Shown piece after piece: positions 63,855 through 63,865 of a DNA stretch of 63,865 nt (the stretch's first letter is position 1; every line of letters begins with the position of its first letter). The notes beneath the pieces were generated by a model, which was not told the DNA's origin, did not search any database, and saw only the letters and a list, made by a program, of their open reading frames with translations. The stretch is from assembly GCF_001194135.2 (NCBI RefSeq), contig NC_068985.1:106013424-106077288 (forward strand). The letters are read 5' to 3'. Both the position numbers and the translations under genes were made by a program. The stretch comes from Octopus bimaculoides. Its lineage: Eukaryota.

Positions 63855-63865
63855 GTATATATAAT

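Overview
This is AT-rich, repeat-dense, gapped animal genomic DNA. The SINE/RTE repeat families and the gene content point to an octopod cephalopod (Octopus; inferred). Two spliced genes can be reconstructed with phase-consistent GT-AG junctions, lying tail-to-tail. (1) The 3' eight coding exons of an FBF1 (Fas-binding factor 1, ciliary transition-fibre coiled-coil) orthologue lie on + (324-13070; 645 aa within the window). (2) A complete seven-exon alpha-arrestin (ARRDC family) lies on - (39335-19403; about 449 aa, PPSY motif). A probable first exon of a third, unidentified + strand gene lies at about 61.6-62.1 kb, behind a CCAAT/E-box promoter-like island. The rest is transposon debris: RTE LINEs with a modular 3' UTR, R4/Dong-type elements sitting in (AAT)n, tRNA SINEs, mariner remnants and several MITEs. 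Notable observations: the ARRDC stop-codon region is tandemly reiterated into its own 3' UTR; a minimal Penelope-type hammerhead ribozyme motif; a TIR element with a telomeric (TTAGGG)n core in two copies; a 118-bp near-perfect hairpin MITE in an FBF1 intron; a MITE whose ends read as splice donor and acceptor; and a stack of three diverged (AAT)n-targeted retroelements. All assignments were made by eye and from remembered family features; no database searches were run.
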